Assembly (NCBI GenBank): GCA_963828735.1
Contig: CAWHFW010000002.1
Coordinates: forward strand, 256,001 to 320,000
Direction: 5' to 3'
DNA from: an uncultured Gemmatimonadales bacterium
GTDB taxonomy: Bacteria; Gemmatimonadota; Gemmatimonadetes; Gemmatimonadales; GWC2-71-9
Length of the DNA stretch: 64,000 bases
A program made the translations under genes and the position numbers. The notes below the pieces were generated by a model. It did no database searches and was not told the origin of the DNA. It worked only from the letters and a program-made list of their open reading frames with translations. Below, piece by piece: positions 1 through 10,504 of this stretch; the stretch's first letter is position 1; every line of letters begins with the position of its first letter.

Positions 1-546
1 CTCGTCAGCCCCCGCGACGTCGGCGAACGTGATCTTGGGCGTGTCGCCCGCGAGCAGCTTCGCCTTGGACTTGCCGAACGCGAAGGCCCGGCTGCCACCC
101 GCCTGGAGCTGGCGGAGGAGGAAGAACCAGAGACCGAGAATCACGATCCATGGAAGGGCGGCGATGATGATCGCGGTGATACCGCCCTTCGGCTCCTTGG
201 CCAGGATCGGCACCCCCGCGTCGTCGAGCCGCTTGATGAACTGTTCGCTGTTCGCCACGGGCAACAGGACCTGGAAGCTCTTGGCGGTCCGGTTGTCCTG
301 CGTGACGGGGTTCTTGAAGTCGCCCTCGAGCCGCTTGCCGTCGTAGACCTCGACCCGGGCGACATTGCCCTGGTCGAGCTGGCGGCTGAACTCGGTGTAG
401 GAGAACTCCTGGGTGGGATTGCGCTGCCGGCTCATCATCTGGAACAGCGCGAGCGCAAGCAGGCCCACGAGCAGCCAGAGCGCGAGGTTCTTGCTCAGAT
501 TGCCCCAGTTGGTGCGCGGGGGCCGGGTCGGGAGACGGTCTGGCAT
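1..546 (-). CDS. ftsH: ATP-dependent zinc metalloprotease FtsH (N-terminal part, runs off window)
   Basis: Manual translation from ATG at 546: MPDRLP...SKNLALWLLVGLLALALFQ...LWFFLLRQLQAGGSRAFAFGKSKAKLL...ITFADVAGADE; follows tilS-hpt. Confidence 0.96.
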   Translation of the reverse strand, partial: MPDRLPTRPPRTNWGNLSKNLALWLLVGLLALALFQMMSRQRNPTQEFSYTEFSRQLDQGNVARVEVYDGKRLEGDFKNPVTQDNRTAKSFQVLLPVANSEQFIKRLDDAGVPILAKEPKGGITAIIIAALPWIVILGLWFFLLRQLQAGGSRAFAFGKSKAKLLAGDTPKITFADVAGADE

Positions 547-1101
547 CTATTCCAAGTCCGCGATGAACGGGAGATGACGGTAGTTCTCGGCGTGGTCGAG
601 TCCGTACCCGACCAGAAAGGCCGGTGGCGCCCGAAACCCGACGAACCGGAGCTCCGGGCGCACCTCCACCGCCAACTGCTTATCGAGGAGGGCACAGATC
701 GCCAGGCTCCTCGGCCGACGGGCACCGAGCAGCGTCATCAGGCGCTGCAGGGTCTTCCCGGTATCAATAATATCCTCAACCAGCAGAATATGTTTCCCCT
801 CGAGTCGTGTCTCGGGGTCGTACAGGAGCCGCACCGTGCCGCTCGACACCTTCCCCTTGCCGTAGGAGCTGGCGACCAGGAAATCCACCTGGATCGGACG
901 CTCGATGGTGCGCACCAGGTCGCTCAGGAAGATGAAGCTCCCTTTGAGCAGTCCGAGCACGAGGAGATCGCCGTCGGGGTAGGCCCCGGTGATCTCGGCG
1001 CCCAGCTCCTGCACCCTGGCCGCGATCGCCGCCTCGTCGTAGACGATGGACTTGACCGGCCGCCCTCCAGTGCGCTTCAGGACCTCAGGTGTGCTCAGCA
1101 T
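547..1101 (-). CDS. hpt: Hypoxanthine phosphoribosyltransferase
   Basis: LLKGSFIFLSDLVR, LLVEDIIDTGKT PRPP motif, FLVGYGLD; start chosen at MLSTPE. Confidence 0.96.
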   Translation of the reverse strand: MLSTPEVLKRTGGRPVKSIVYDEAAIAARVQELGAEITGAYPDGDLLVLGLLKGSFIFLSDLVRTIERPIQVDFLVASSYGKGKVSSGTVRLLYDPETRLEGKHILLVEDIIDTGKTLQRLMTLLGARRPRSLAICALLDKQLAVEVRPELRFVGFRAPPAFLVGYGLDHAENYRHLPFIADLE

Positions 1102-2407
1102 CGACGCGAACCGCCTCCTTGCCAGGTTCCGGAAGGAGGGCGTCGCTGCGGCTGACGCCCGGAATCCATACCACACCGTCGGGCCCCGCGAGCACCGGCC
1201 ACCGGGCGCGGCGGCTGCGCGGTACGCGCGCGTCTTGAAAGCAGCGAACCAAGAGCCGACGCCCCGACCCGCCCAAGGGGCGGATCCGCTCGCCGACGCT
1301 CCACGCGCGAACCACGAGCGGGGCGGCGGTGAACCAGGCCGTGATGCCGGCTCGTGCCTGTCGAGCGGGAGCCGGCTCGCGCGTCCAACGGAGCCGCCAG
1401 CGACCCCACGCGCCCTCGCCCTGGGCGCCCTCGAGCGACCACCCCGCCTGCGGCGCCGGCTCGTCGACCTGGCTCACCACGAGCCGGTCGAACGCCACCT
1501 CGGCCGCCCACCCCTCCCCCAGCGGCATCATGGCGCCGCTCGAGGCGCCGGCAGCGAGCCGGATGACGCGTCCTGCACACGCGGGTCCGAGGCGGTATCC
1601 GGCCCGTCTCGCCGCGCTCATCAAGACGGTCTCGGCCAGAGGTGAATCATACCCGTTGAGCGCACGGGCAGCAACGGAAAACCCGTCGCGCTCGAGACGA
1701 AAATCGAGGCCCGGAAGCAGGTCGATCACGGCGTTCCACGCCGCCCGGTCGCGGGCCGCGTGGCGGCCCAGGTGGAGCAGCGCGTCATCGACTCGGGGCA
1801 GGTGCGCTCGCAGAGCCGGCAGCACGTCCGCGCGGAGCCAGGAGCGGAAGTGACGCGGGTCAAAGTTGGCGGGGTCGACCCACGCCTCGAGACCCTCAGC
1901 CCGAACGTACGCGAGGATGGCCACGCGGCGGAACGGGAGGAGCGGGCGCACAAGCGTGCCACGGCGCGGCGCCATGCCGGCGAGCCCCGCGGGGCCGGAC
2001 CCCTCGAGCGCCCGCATGAGCACCGTCTCGATCTGATCGTCGGCGTGGTGGGCAGTGAAGATCAGGTGGGCGTCGAGGCGAGCGCGGGCGGCGTCGATCC
2101 ACTCGTAGCGCGCCGCACGCGCGGCCGTCTCCCCGGCGGCCGAGCCGAGCGCGCCCCGGCCCTCTTCGTACGGCAACCCGTATCGGCCCGCGAGCGTCCG
2201 CACGCGGGCCGCGACGTCCGCGCTGTCCGGATGGATTCCGTGGTCGAAGTGGGCGACGAGAAGCTCCTGTCGGTGCACGTCTGCCGTGGCATGCAGGAGG
2301 TGCAGGAGCGCGACGGAGTCGGGCCCGCCCGAGACCGCGACCAGCGCACGGCCCGGCGGTAGGCGGAGGCTCTCCAGATGGCGGCGGAAGTCGTCGGGAA
2401 ACGTCAT
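1085..2407 (-). CDS. tilS: tRNA(Ile)-lysidine synthetase
   Basis: VAVSGGPDSVALL PP-loop, TAHHADDQIET, RPLL; tilS-hpt-ftsH synteny. Confidence 0.95.
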   Translation of the reverse strand: MTFPDDFRRHLESLRLPPGRALVAVSGGPDSVALLHLLHATADVHRQELLVAHFDHGIHPDSADVAARVRTLAGRYGLPYEEGRGALGSAAGETAARAARYEWIDAARARLDAHLIFTAHHADDQIETVLMRALEGSGPAGLAGMAPRRGTLVRPLLPFRRVAILAYVRAEGLEAWVDPANFDPRHFRSWLRADVLPALRAHLPRVDDALLHLGRHAARDRAAWNAVIDLLPGLDFRLERDGFSVAARALNGYDSPLAETVLMSAARRAGYRLGPACAGRVIRLAAGASSGAMMPLGEGWAAEVAFDRLVVSQVDEPAPQAGWSLEGAQGEGAWGRWRLRWTREPAPARQARAGITAWFTAAPLVVRAWSVGERIRPLGGSGRRLLVRCFQDARVPRSRRARWPVLAGPDGVVWIPGVSRSDALLPEPGKEAVRVDAEHT

Positions 2408-2429
2408 CGTAGGTGCGCAACGCTCCCGA

Positions 2430-4992
2430 TCAGTAGGCGAAGCCGGCCTGCAGGTAGAACGCCGTGCGGTCGTCCCCGCGTGCGATGGCGATGCTGATCG
2501 TGTTGGGCGGCCCCAGATACGCGAACCAGAAGCCACCGCCGACGCCGGTGTGCCACGTGTCGGACGATTCCCCCTCGAGGTACACCCGGCCCACATCGCC
2601 CAGTGCGAAGAGGCCGAAGTCACCGGGCAGGATCACGAAGTATCGGCCGAGCCGCGCGCGGAGCTCCGCGCTCCCGTACACCGCTGCGTCGCCGGCGTAC
2701 CGCTGTGTGATCACCCCGCGCACGTCGTCCGCTCCCCCGATGAAGGCGGCCTCGAAGAATGGGTATTGGCCCCACACCTTCTTTCCCCCAGCCGCAGGGC
2801 GAGCGTGGGGCCGAACGTCGTATTGGGCGTGAGGTAGGCCGATGCTTCGCCGTGAAGCTCGCCGAATGTCGAGTCCACGTCCCAGATGGCCGGGTAGACG
2901 CTGCCGCTCGCGAGTAGTCGGAATCCGTGTCGCGGAGCGCCGGGGACGTCGCGTGCATCCCATTCGGCCGTGGCAATCGCGCCCGCCCCGCCGAACTTGC
3001 CCACGCCATACGGCTGCGAGATGCCGATGAACCGTGCTGGATCGAGGTCGGTATTCGCGTACTTGAGGGCCGGCCCGACCGAGAAGGTTCCGGTGGCACC
3101 GAGCGGGAACACGACCGACGGCGCGATCAGGTATTGCTTCTGCGGGACCCGGTAGAACTCCTCGTCCTGTTCGATGCGCGTGGTCTCGTTCCCGAATCCG
3201 AAAAACCGCACGACCTCGATACCCGACGCGCGCAACATCACCGAGGTGCGGATCCGGGAGTTCACCCGGTAGAAGTCCCCCTGCAGCTCGGCGCGGAACG
3301 TCTCAGCGCCCGCCGCGTACCCGACGCTCGCGGCCAGTCGCGAGCGCAGCGGCCGTTTGCGGAACCCGAAGTTGTACCGGACTCCGCCGCCGCCGATGAA
3401 GAGGCCGACCTCGGGCCCGATGCTGAACCACGGGCGGAAGCGCCAGAACCCGCCCCAGTCACGCTCGGGGAACGGGGTCGAGTCGCTGGGACTGAAGTCG
3501 GCGAACGGCCGCGGATCGAGGGGCGGAGGATGCCGGCCCGCCGCTTCGTTGGTCCCACGCGCGTCGTAGAACCGGACGCGGCCGCCGCTGGAGGAATCCA
3601 CGACACGATCGTCTCCGCCCCCGCCGATCACGCGGAGCAGTGGCGCTTCCCCACCCTCCCCCGTGATGCGCACCGCGTCGTCACCACCGTGCAGGTACAG
3701 CCGCACCTCCTTGGTCTCGTCGCGGCTGAAGCGTCGATGGAACAGCGGCGATGCGCTTTCATGCGCCGGATACATCGCCACGTCCAGCGTCCGATCTCCC
3801 CGGAGGATCTCGACCCGGTCGGCCTTGTCGCTCGCGTAGACGTCCGGCTCGGCGGCGAGCACCCGGTAGAAGCGCCGCGCCGCCTCGGGCAGGTGATCGC
3901 GACGACTCCTGAGCGCGGCCGCGAGCCAGGTGCCGTTGCGATCGCGGAATTCGGGCGGCAGGTGTGCCACCGCGTCGTCGATCACCGTGTCGGTGATCAG
4001 GCCCTGCAGCTCCGTCGCGGCGGAGTCCCACACGGGCCACTCGAGGCCACTCAGGAGACGGCGGTCGAGCACGCGCGCGTTCCAGGTGAGCCCGACCATG
4101 CTGGGATAGTCGGGCGAGAACGCGACCAGCTGCGGAGCCGAGAGGCGTGCGAGGTCGAGCAGGAGGCCGTCGAATCGGGCGAAGGCCTGATCGCGGTCCC
4201 GCGGGATCGGCGTCCAGGGCACGGTGTCGGCATCCCCGAGTCGCGCCCACCGCCACTGATCCTGGTGGCGATCCCAGTCGCCCAGGAGCAGGTCGACGAG
4301 TCGGGCCGACAGGAAGGCTCGAACATCCGCGCGCTCGTCTTGATGCTTCTCGAGGCGGTCGAACAGCTCGTAGGTGCCGATGATCTTGTCTGCGCCGGCG
4401 AAGCCGGGACCCTTGTCCGTCTGACGCTCTTCGATCGTGCCGAGCAGGCCGCCGAAGACCGGGCGGAACTTGCCCAGCGAGGGATCGTCCGGGAGGAGCA
4501 CGAGCCGGGGGGACGTATGCACCACGTGCGCAGCGTCGAGAATAGGGCTCACCACGAGGGGCGCGGCGGGATGGCCGGCGCTCATCTGGTCCTGGAGGAT
4601 CTCCTGCACGACGGTGTGCTTGAGCTCAACGGGCAGCAGTGGCGATGGATCCTTGTCCAGCGAGCGAAACGCGTACTCGCGGCCGTCGCCACCCTTGAAG
4701 CGCAGCGACTTGGTCTGCTTGCCGCCCCCCGCTCGGTGGGCCGAAGGCCACCGGCGAAGCGACTCAGGTCGAGGATGGGCACGCGGACGGGCGTGGTCCA
4801 CAGGTCCCGATAGTGGCTGCCGAACAGCCAGCGGTGAAATCCGCCGGCGGCGTATTGGGCGCTCGGCGTGACCAGGGTGTCGTGCACGCCGAGGACCGTA
4901 TCCGAGGCGGCCTGCGCCGCGGCGGACCCGGCGTCTACCCCAGCGCCGGTCGCCAGCATGATCCCCAGGCGCCACCCCGTCAACCGGCCCAT
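2430..4992 (-). CDS. Omp85/BamA-TamA-type outer-membrane barrel protein with N-terminal kinase-like domain; two apparent frameshifts (~4730, ~2790)
   Basis: Signal-like N-terminus MGRLTGWRLGIMLATG; FGSHYRDLW; DWDRHQDQWRW; beta-strand C-terminus with VRG...RYAG loop motif ending FYLQAGFAY; pieces in ORFs 4582-7035, 2711-5266 and 2430-2963 join at C-homopolymers. Confidence 0.8.
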
Positions 4993-7900
4993 ACGAGCTC
5001 CTCCTCGACACTGTGGTCTGCCGCGATCGCCTGGGCCTGCGCCGTTGCGGGATCGCCGACCGCCAAACTCGTCCGTTGCCGATAGCTGCCGTCCGGTCCA
5101 AGCTCCCAGGCGGCGGGGTCCGCGAGCTCCTGGTCGAGTAGGCGCGCCAGCCTGCTCCGGCACCGGGCGTCGAGCACCGGGGCGGCGACCTCGACCCGAC
5201 GGCGGAGGTTCCGGGCTCGCCAGTCGGCCGAGGCGATGAAGTACTCGTCGGCACCCGCGTTCGCAAAGTGGTAGATGCGCGCGTGCTCCAGGAACCGGCC
5301 GACCAGGCTGCGCACCCGAATCCGCTCCGAGAGCCCCGCCACGCCCGGCTTGAGGGTGCACACGCCGCGCACCACGAGATCGATGTCCACCCCTGCCGAG
5401 GATGCCTCGTAGAGCGCGCGCACGATCTCCGCGTCGTCCAGTCCGTTCAGCTTGGCGCGGATCCGGCCGGGTCGCCCGGCCCGCGCGTGCTCGGCTTCCC
5501 GCGCGATCCGCTCCAGGAGCCCGCGCCGGAGATGCTCCGGCGCAACGAGGAGGCGGCGGAGCTCCGCGCCCGGCGCGCGCGACGTCCCGGTGAGCTGATT
5601 GAACAGGTCTCCGAGATCGTCGGCGATAGCGGGATCGGCGGTCAACAGACCCAGATCGGTATAGAACCGCGCCGTCGCCGCATTGTAGTTCCCGGTGCCG
5701 ATGTGCGCGTAGCGGCGGATCTCTCCCTCCTCCCGGCGCGCGACCAAGGCGACCTTCGCGTGATTCTTGAGTCCGACCACGCCGTACACCACCTGGGCGC
5801 CGGTTCGCTCGAGCTGCCGCACCCACCCGATGTTGCGCGCCTCGTCGTAGCTGGCCTTGAGCTCGATGAACGCCACGACCTCCTTCCCCGCCGCGGCGGC
5901 GCGAAGCAGAGCATTCACGATCGGTGAGTTCTCGCCGGTGCGGTAGAGCGTGAGCTTGACCGACACCACGGCGGGATCGTCCGCGGCCTCGTTGAGCAGT
6001 CGGAGGACGGTCGCCGAGAAGTCGTCGTAGGGATGATGCACCAGGCGGTCGCGCTCGGCGATTACCTGCCAGATCGAGCGGCCCGCCGGCATGGGGTCGC
6101 GACCCGCGAAGGGGGGAAACGCGCCGCCCGGCACGGGCAAGGCCGCGAGGTGCCGTAGGTCTCCCGGCGCCATGACGCCGCCGATCTCGTGGATCACGAG
6201 CTCGCCGGCCGCCGGCCCGCCCTCGAACCGGAGCTCCTGCACCAGCATGTCGCGCAGCACCTGCGAGGTCCCTTGCTCGAGCTCGACGCGCACGGCCGGG
6301 TTCACGGCGCGCTGGTCGAGCTCTTCCTCGATCGCCTGGAGCAAGTCGCCCGCGTCGGCGTCGTCGAGCTCCAGGTCGCCCCGGCGCGTCACACGGAACA
6401 GCACGGCCTCCTCGATGGTGCGATCGGGATACAACAGCGCCAGGTTGGCGAGCACGATGTCTTCGATGGGCACGAGGTCCCGGCCGCCCTCGAGCGCGAC
6501 GAACCGGGGCAATGCGGGCGGAATCCGGACGTACGCGAAATGTCGAGGCCCGGTCGCCTCGCTCTGCAGCGACACCGCGAGCGACAGGGTGAGCGCGGGG
6601 ATCAGGGGAAACGGGTGGCCCGGGCTCATCGTGATCGCGCGCGGCGTCAGCGCCGCGAAGAACTCCCGCCGAAACCGTGTCCGCAGCGCCTCCCGGTCGG
6701 TCTCCCGGAGGCCGTCCCAGCGCCTCAGTCGGTAGCCGTGCTCCGCGAGGCGCGCGAGGCAGTCGGCGATGGTGAACTGCTGGCGGGCGAGGAGCTCCTG
6801 CACGCGGGCCTCGACCGTGTCGCGTTCCGCCGACATGTAGTACTCGTCGAGGTTGGCGCTCACGATCGCGATGTATCGGAGCCGTTCGAGCAAGGGCGTG
6901 CGGTCGTCCTCCGCCAGGGCGAGGACGCGCGAGTTGAACTCGAGAAGGCTTCGGCGCGGTTCGAGCAGGTCCGCCGGTGTCGGTGTCTCCTCGAGCGGCG
7001 CGGCCGCGACGCCCGACTCCGCGCCGTCGGCCCACTCCGGCACCAGCGAGGACCGGGACGCCAGGCCGAACGCCGCCTGCGTGGCTGGATCGCGAAGCGA
7101 CGAGGTCCGGACGGCGCGCGCGAACTCCACGACCGGCATCCAGTCGACCCGGCGTTTATCCCTCGGCTCGAGCCCGCGACGCAGGCGCCGCGCGACCCAC
7201 ACCTCGAGACTCGGCTGCTCGATCGACGCGGTGGCGCGCCCGACGAGCACCAGATCCGCCACCCTCGTGCCGAACCATTCGGCGAGACCATGTCGCACGG
7301 CGTGTTCGCCGGCGCCCGGCGTGACGGGCAACCGAAGGCCCTGGCCATCCGTGAGGACGGCAACGCGGCCGTCATCCAGGACGATGACGGCCACGGCCCG
7401 GCCGAGGTCGAGGTTCCGGACCAGGCTTTCGCGACCCATCTGCCGGAGCAGCTCGCGCGCGCGCGCCATCTTGGTCTGCAGCACGGGGCGGAGTCCCCGG
7501 GACTGCTCCAGCGCGCGGGCCAGCTCCTCGAGGCGGGGGCCGCCCCGCTGCAGGCGGCGAACCTTGAGCTCCCGGAACTCCCGCGAGAGCGCGCCGTTCC
7601 GCACCGTCACCCGGTCGTACAGGAACGCGAACCGGCCGGGGAGCGGCCACGCGCGACCGGCAAGGCGCACGGTGCGCTCGATCTCGAGCTCGAAGCGCGG
7701 CTCGAGGCGGGCGGCGTCCACCAGGCCACGGAGACGTCGCGCGGGCTCGCTCGCCCCGCGGAGAATGGCGGGCAAGTCCACTTCCTCGGTGTTCGCCTCG
7801 AACACCTCGCGCGGGCCCGACACCGGCAGCCCCGGCTCCGCGAAGCCGAGCGTGAGTGTGCGGCGATCGTCCGCGCCGTAGCGGACGCGGCAGGTGATGC

Positions 7901-8060
7901 CCCGCGTGGCGAGGACGTTGTCACTGGTATCCACGTACACGTCGCGGTAGAGTCGGCGCTCGTTGTTTCGCTCACGGAGGCCCGCGGGGAGCGGCTCGGT
8001 CGCGAGCGTGGCCAGTAGCGCGGAGGTGGGAACGTCGCAGCGGAACTCGGCAGGCGGCAT
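4980..8060 (-). CDS. ppk1: Polyphosphate kinase 1 fused to N-terminal CYTH-like and Nudix-like domains
   Basis: FNSRVL, SANLDE, GHPFP, HHPYDDF, TLYRT, KNHAK (phospho-His), GTGNYN, GRFLEHAR, SADW..RNL..RVE; ~370 aa N-terminal extension with DVYVDTSDNVLATRGITCRVR. Confidence 0.9.
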   Translation of the reverse strand: MPPAEFRCDVPTSALLATLATEPLPAGLRERNNERRLYRDVYVDTSDNVLATRGITCRVRYGADDRRTLTLGFAEPGLPVSGPREVFEANTEEVDLPAILRGASEPARRLRGLVDAARLEPRFELEIERTVRLAGRAWPLPGRFAFLYDRVTVRNGALSREFRELKVRRLQRGGPRLEELARALEQSRGLRPVLQTKMARARELLRQMGRESLVRNLDLGRAVAVIVLDDGRVAVLTDGQGLRLPVTPGAGEHAVRHGLAEWFGTRVADLVLVGRATASIEQPSLEVWVARRLRRGLEPRDKRRVDWMPVVEFARAVRTSSLRDPATQAAFGLASRSSLVPEWADGAESGVAAAPLEETPTPADLLEPRRSLLEFNSRVLALAEDDRTPLLERLRYIAIVSANLDEYYMSAERDTVEARVQELLARQQFTIADCLARLAEHGYRLRRWDGLRETDREALRTRFRREFFAALTPRAITMSPGHPFPLIPALTLSLAVSLQSEATGPRHFAYVRIPPALPRFVALEGGRDLVPIEDIVLANLALLYPDRTIEEAVLFRVTRRGDLELDDADAGDLLQAIEEELDQRAVNPAVRVELEQGTSQVLRDMLVQELRFEGGPAAGELVIHEIGGVMAPGDLRHLAALPVPGGAFPPFAGRDPMPAGRSIWQVIAERDRLVHHPYDDFSATVLRLLNEAADDPAVVSVKLTLYRTGENSPIVNALLRAAAAGKEVVAFIELKASYDEARNIGWVRQLERTGAQVVYGVVGLKNHAKVALVARREEGEIRRYAHIGTGNYNAATARFYTDLGLLTADPAIADDLGDLFNQLTGTSRAPGAELRRLLVAPEHLRRGLLERIAREAEHARAGRPGRIRAKLNGLDDAEIVRALYEASSAGVDIDLVVRGVCTLKPGVAGLSERIRVRSLVGRFLEHARIYHFANAGADEYFIASADWRARNLRRRVEVAAPVLDARCRSRLARLLDQELADPAAWELGPDGSYRQRTSLAVGDPATAQAQAIAADHSVEEELVWAG

Positions 8061-8065
8061 ACCGC

Positions 8066-10504
8066 TCACTCTCCGATTGCGGCCCGCCGGGCCTTGAGGC
8101 GTTCCTCCGCGAGCGCGCGCGCTCGGGTGAACCCGGCCTGAAACTCCGGACGCGTCCACACTCGGTCGAACAAGCCGGACCGGAGCTGCCACTGATGCAG
8201 CATCGGGGAGTGCGCCAGCGCCCGCTCCAGCCAGGTCAGGGATTGGGCGGCATCGCCGCGCCAGGCGTAGTAGGCCGCGAGGTCAGCATACTGGTGCAGG
8301 AACGCGTAGCGCTCCGCATCGAGCTCGCCTCCAAGCGAATCGGCCAGGGCCGCGGCCTCCACGTTCCGTCCCAGTTGATGGAGGCACATCGCCCGGACGG
8401 CGACCCAGGGGCCAGGATCGTGGGCGGCGCACTCGGCTGCCTTACCCGAGAGAAGCTGTGCGTAGCCCTGAAGGACGGCCGAGACCGGATCCACGCCACC
8501 GCCGGGGAGCGCGGGCCGCACTTCGCGGAGCGCCACGTCGTAGCGGCGTGCGCCGATCGCGAGCGCAACCAGCGAGTGGCGCACCCCCGGCGCGAGAGGA
8601 TCCAGCGCGAGGCCGCGCCGGGCCTCCCTCAGCGCGGCATCGAGCTTCCCCTCGCGGAACAGGGCCCACGCGTAGGTCATGGCGATGTCGGCCGAGTTGG
8701 GCTTGAGGTGGCGCGCTCGCTCCGCGTCCGCCCGCACCGAATCCTCGGGAAGGAACGCGATCGAACGGGCGTCGGCCCTCGCGAGATAGCCCTCGGCGGC
8801 CATCGTATCCCGGGCCACCGCCCGCCCCGCCAGGCGGAGCGCCTCGGCGAGCTCGCCGTAGGGATCGGCCTCGCCGCGGTAGCCGTAGATGACGGCGTAG
8901 GTGTGCGCGGAGGCGAGCCCCGCGAGTGCCTGCGGGTAGTCGGCGTCCTGCGCGAGCGCTTCTTCGAAGGCACTCACGGCGAGTCGGAGGCCCTCCGGGG
9001 TCCGCCGCTGGAGCCAGTACACGCCCTTGAGATACGACTCGTACGCCGCGATCTGCGCGGTGCGCCGGGGCGCGGCCGGCATCGGCGCTCCGCCGCTCGA
9101 GGCGACCAGCGCGCCTGCGACCTGTCGGGCGATGGCGTCCTGCAGCTGGAGCAGCTGGCCCTCGCTCAGGCGGTAGGTCTCCTGCCAGAGCACGCGGTCG
9201 CGCCGCGCATCGAAGAGCTGCACGCGGGCCTCGATGCGCTCGCCCGTCCGCTCGAGCGAGCCGTCGAGGACATGGCGGACGTGGAGCGTGTCGGCCACCT
9301 GGCGCACCGTGAGCCGGTGGCCCTTGAGCGCGACGACCGAGGTCGGCGAGATCACCCGGAGGCCCTCCACCTGCGCCAGGCGGTCGATGATCTCGCGGCT
9401 CAGGCCGTCCCCGAGGTATTCGTCCTCGAGATTGTCGCTCCGGGTAGCGAGCGGAAGCACGGCAATCGTGGCGAGATCGTCGGGCGTGTCCGAAAGCGTG
9501 GCCCCGCCGCGTAAGCCGCGGAAGCGGGCGACGCCCAGCGCGACCAGGACGATCACCGCAGCCGCGACGAGGACGCGGCTCCAGATCGAGCCCGAGCCCG
9601 TCCGCTCGTTGCCCGGCAGCCGCCAGTCCGCCACTTCCGCGGGCGTCGGCGTGCTGAGCCGCGCGGGCTCCCCCATCTCGGCGCGAAGATCGGCCGCCAT
9701 GTCGCCGGCCGTCTGGTAGCGATCCTCCGGACGTTTGGCCAGCGCTCGATCGACGATCGCGAGGACGGCCGGCGTCACCTCGGGCCGCAGCTCGGCCACG
9801 GGCGTCGGCTTTCCCGCGGCCTGCTTGACGAGCACTTCGCGCAGGTTGGCGCCCCCGAAGGCCATCGTGCCTGTGAGCATCTCGTACAGTACGCATCCCG
9901 CGCCGTATACGTCGCTGCGGGGGTCGCCGCCTCCCCCGCCCTGCGCCTGCTCCGGACTCATGTAGGCGGCGGTCCCGATCGGCAGCCCGCGCGCGGTGAG
10001 GGAGTTGCCGCTGGCGAGCCCGATGGCGCGCGCGATGCCGAAGTCGGCCACCACCGCGTGGCCATTGGACAACAGGATGTTCTCCGGCTTGACGTCCCGG
10101 TGAACGATGCCCTGGCGATGGGCGTAGTCGAGCGCTTCGGTCACCTCGCGGCCGAGCAGGAGCGCCTCGTTCACCGGCAAGCGGCCGCTCAGGAGCCTCT
10201 CGCGGAGACTCTCACCGTCTACGAACGGCATCACGGAGTAGAGCAGGCCGGCGGCGTCACCCGAGTCGATCAGCGGAAGGATGTTCGGATGCTGGAGCTG
10301 GGCAGTGATGCGGATCTCGCGGAGGAACCGTTCGCCCGCGACGGAAGTCATGACGGTGGGGCTGAGCACCTTGATCGCGACTTCGCGGCCCAGCTTGCGG
10401 TCCCGTGCGAGGAAGACCGTCGCCATTCCGCCGCGCCCCGCCTCGCGCTCCACGACGTAGCGGTCACGAAGCGCGTCCTTGAGCCGCGACAGCAATTCGC
10501 TCAT
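8066..10504 (-). CDS. Hanks-type Ser/Thr kinase with TM segment, TolB-N-like domain and TPR-like repeats
   Basis: GRGGMATV, VAIK, HRDVKPEN, DFG, YMSPE; TIAVLPL...EYLGDGLSREII; helical repeats. Confidence 0.92.
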   Translation of the reverse strand: MSELLSRLKDALRDRYVVEREAGRGGMATVFLARDRKLGREVAIKVLSPTVMTSVAGERFLREIRITAQLQHPNILPLIDSGDAAGLLYSVMPFVDGESLRERLLSGRLPVNEALLLGREVTEALDYAHRQGIVHRDVKPENILLSNGHAVVADFGIARAIGLASGNSLTARGLPIGTAAYMSPEQAQGGGGGDPRSDVYGAGCVLYEMLTGTMAFGGANLREVLVKQAAGKPTPVAELRPEVTPAVLAIVDRALAKRPEDRYQTAGDMAADLRAEMGEPARLSTPTPAEVADWRLPGNERTGSGSIWSRVLVAAAVIVLVALGVARFRGLRGGATLSDTPDDLATIAVLPLATRSDNLEDEYLGDGLSREIIDRLAQVEGLRVISPTSVVALKGHRLTVRQVADTLHVRHVLDGSLERTGERIEARVQLFDARRDRVLWQETYRLSEGQLLQLQDAIARQVAGALVASSGGAPMPAAPRRTAQIAAYESYLKGVYWLQRRTPEGLRLAVSAFEEALAQDADYPQALAGLASAHTYAVIYGYRGEADPYGELAEALRLAGRAVARDTMAAEGYLARADARSIAFLPEDSVRADAERARHLKPNSADIAMTYAWALFREGKLDAALREARRGLALDPLAPGVRHSLVALAIGARRYDVALREVRPALPGGGVDPVSAVLQGYAQLLSGKAAECAAHDPGPWVAVRAMCLHQLGRNVEAAALADSLGGELDAERYAFLHQYADLAAYYAWRGDAAQSLTWLERALAHSPMLHQWQLRSGLFDRVWTRPEFQAGFTRARALAEERLKARRAAIGE

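Noticed and set aside
2780..4735. Phase variation or programmed frameshifting at C-runs in the OM barrel gene
   Set aside because: Runs are only 5-6 nt and similar indels hit essential valS; sequencing error is simpler.
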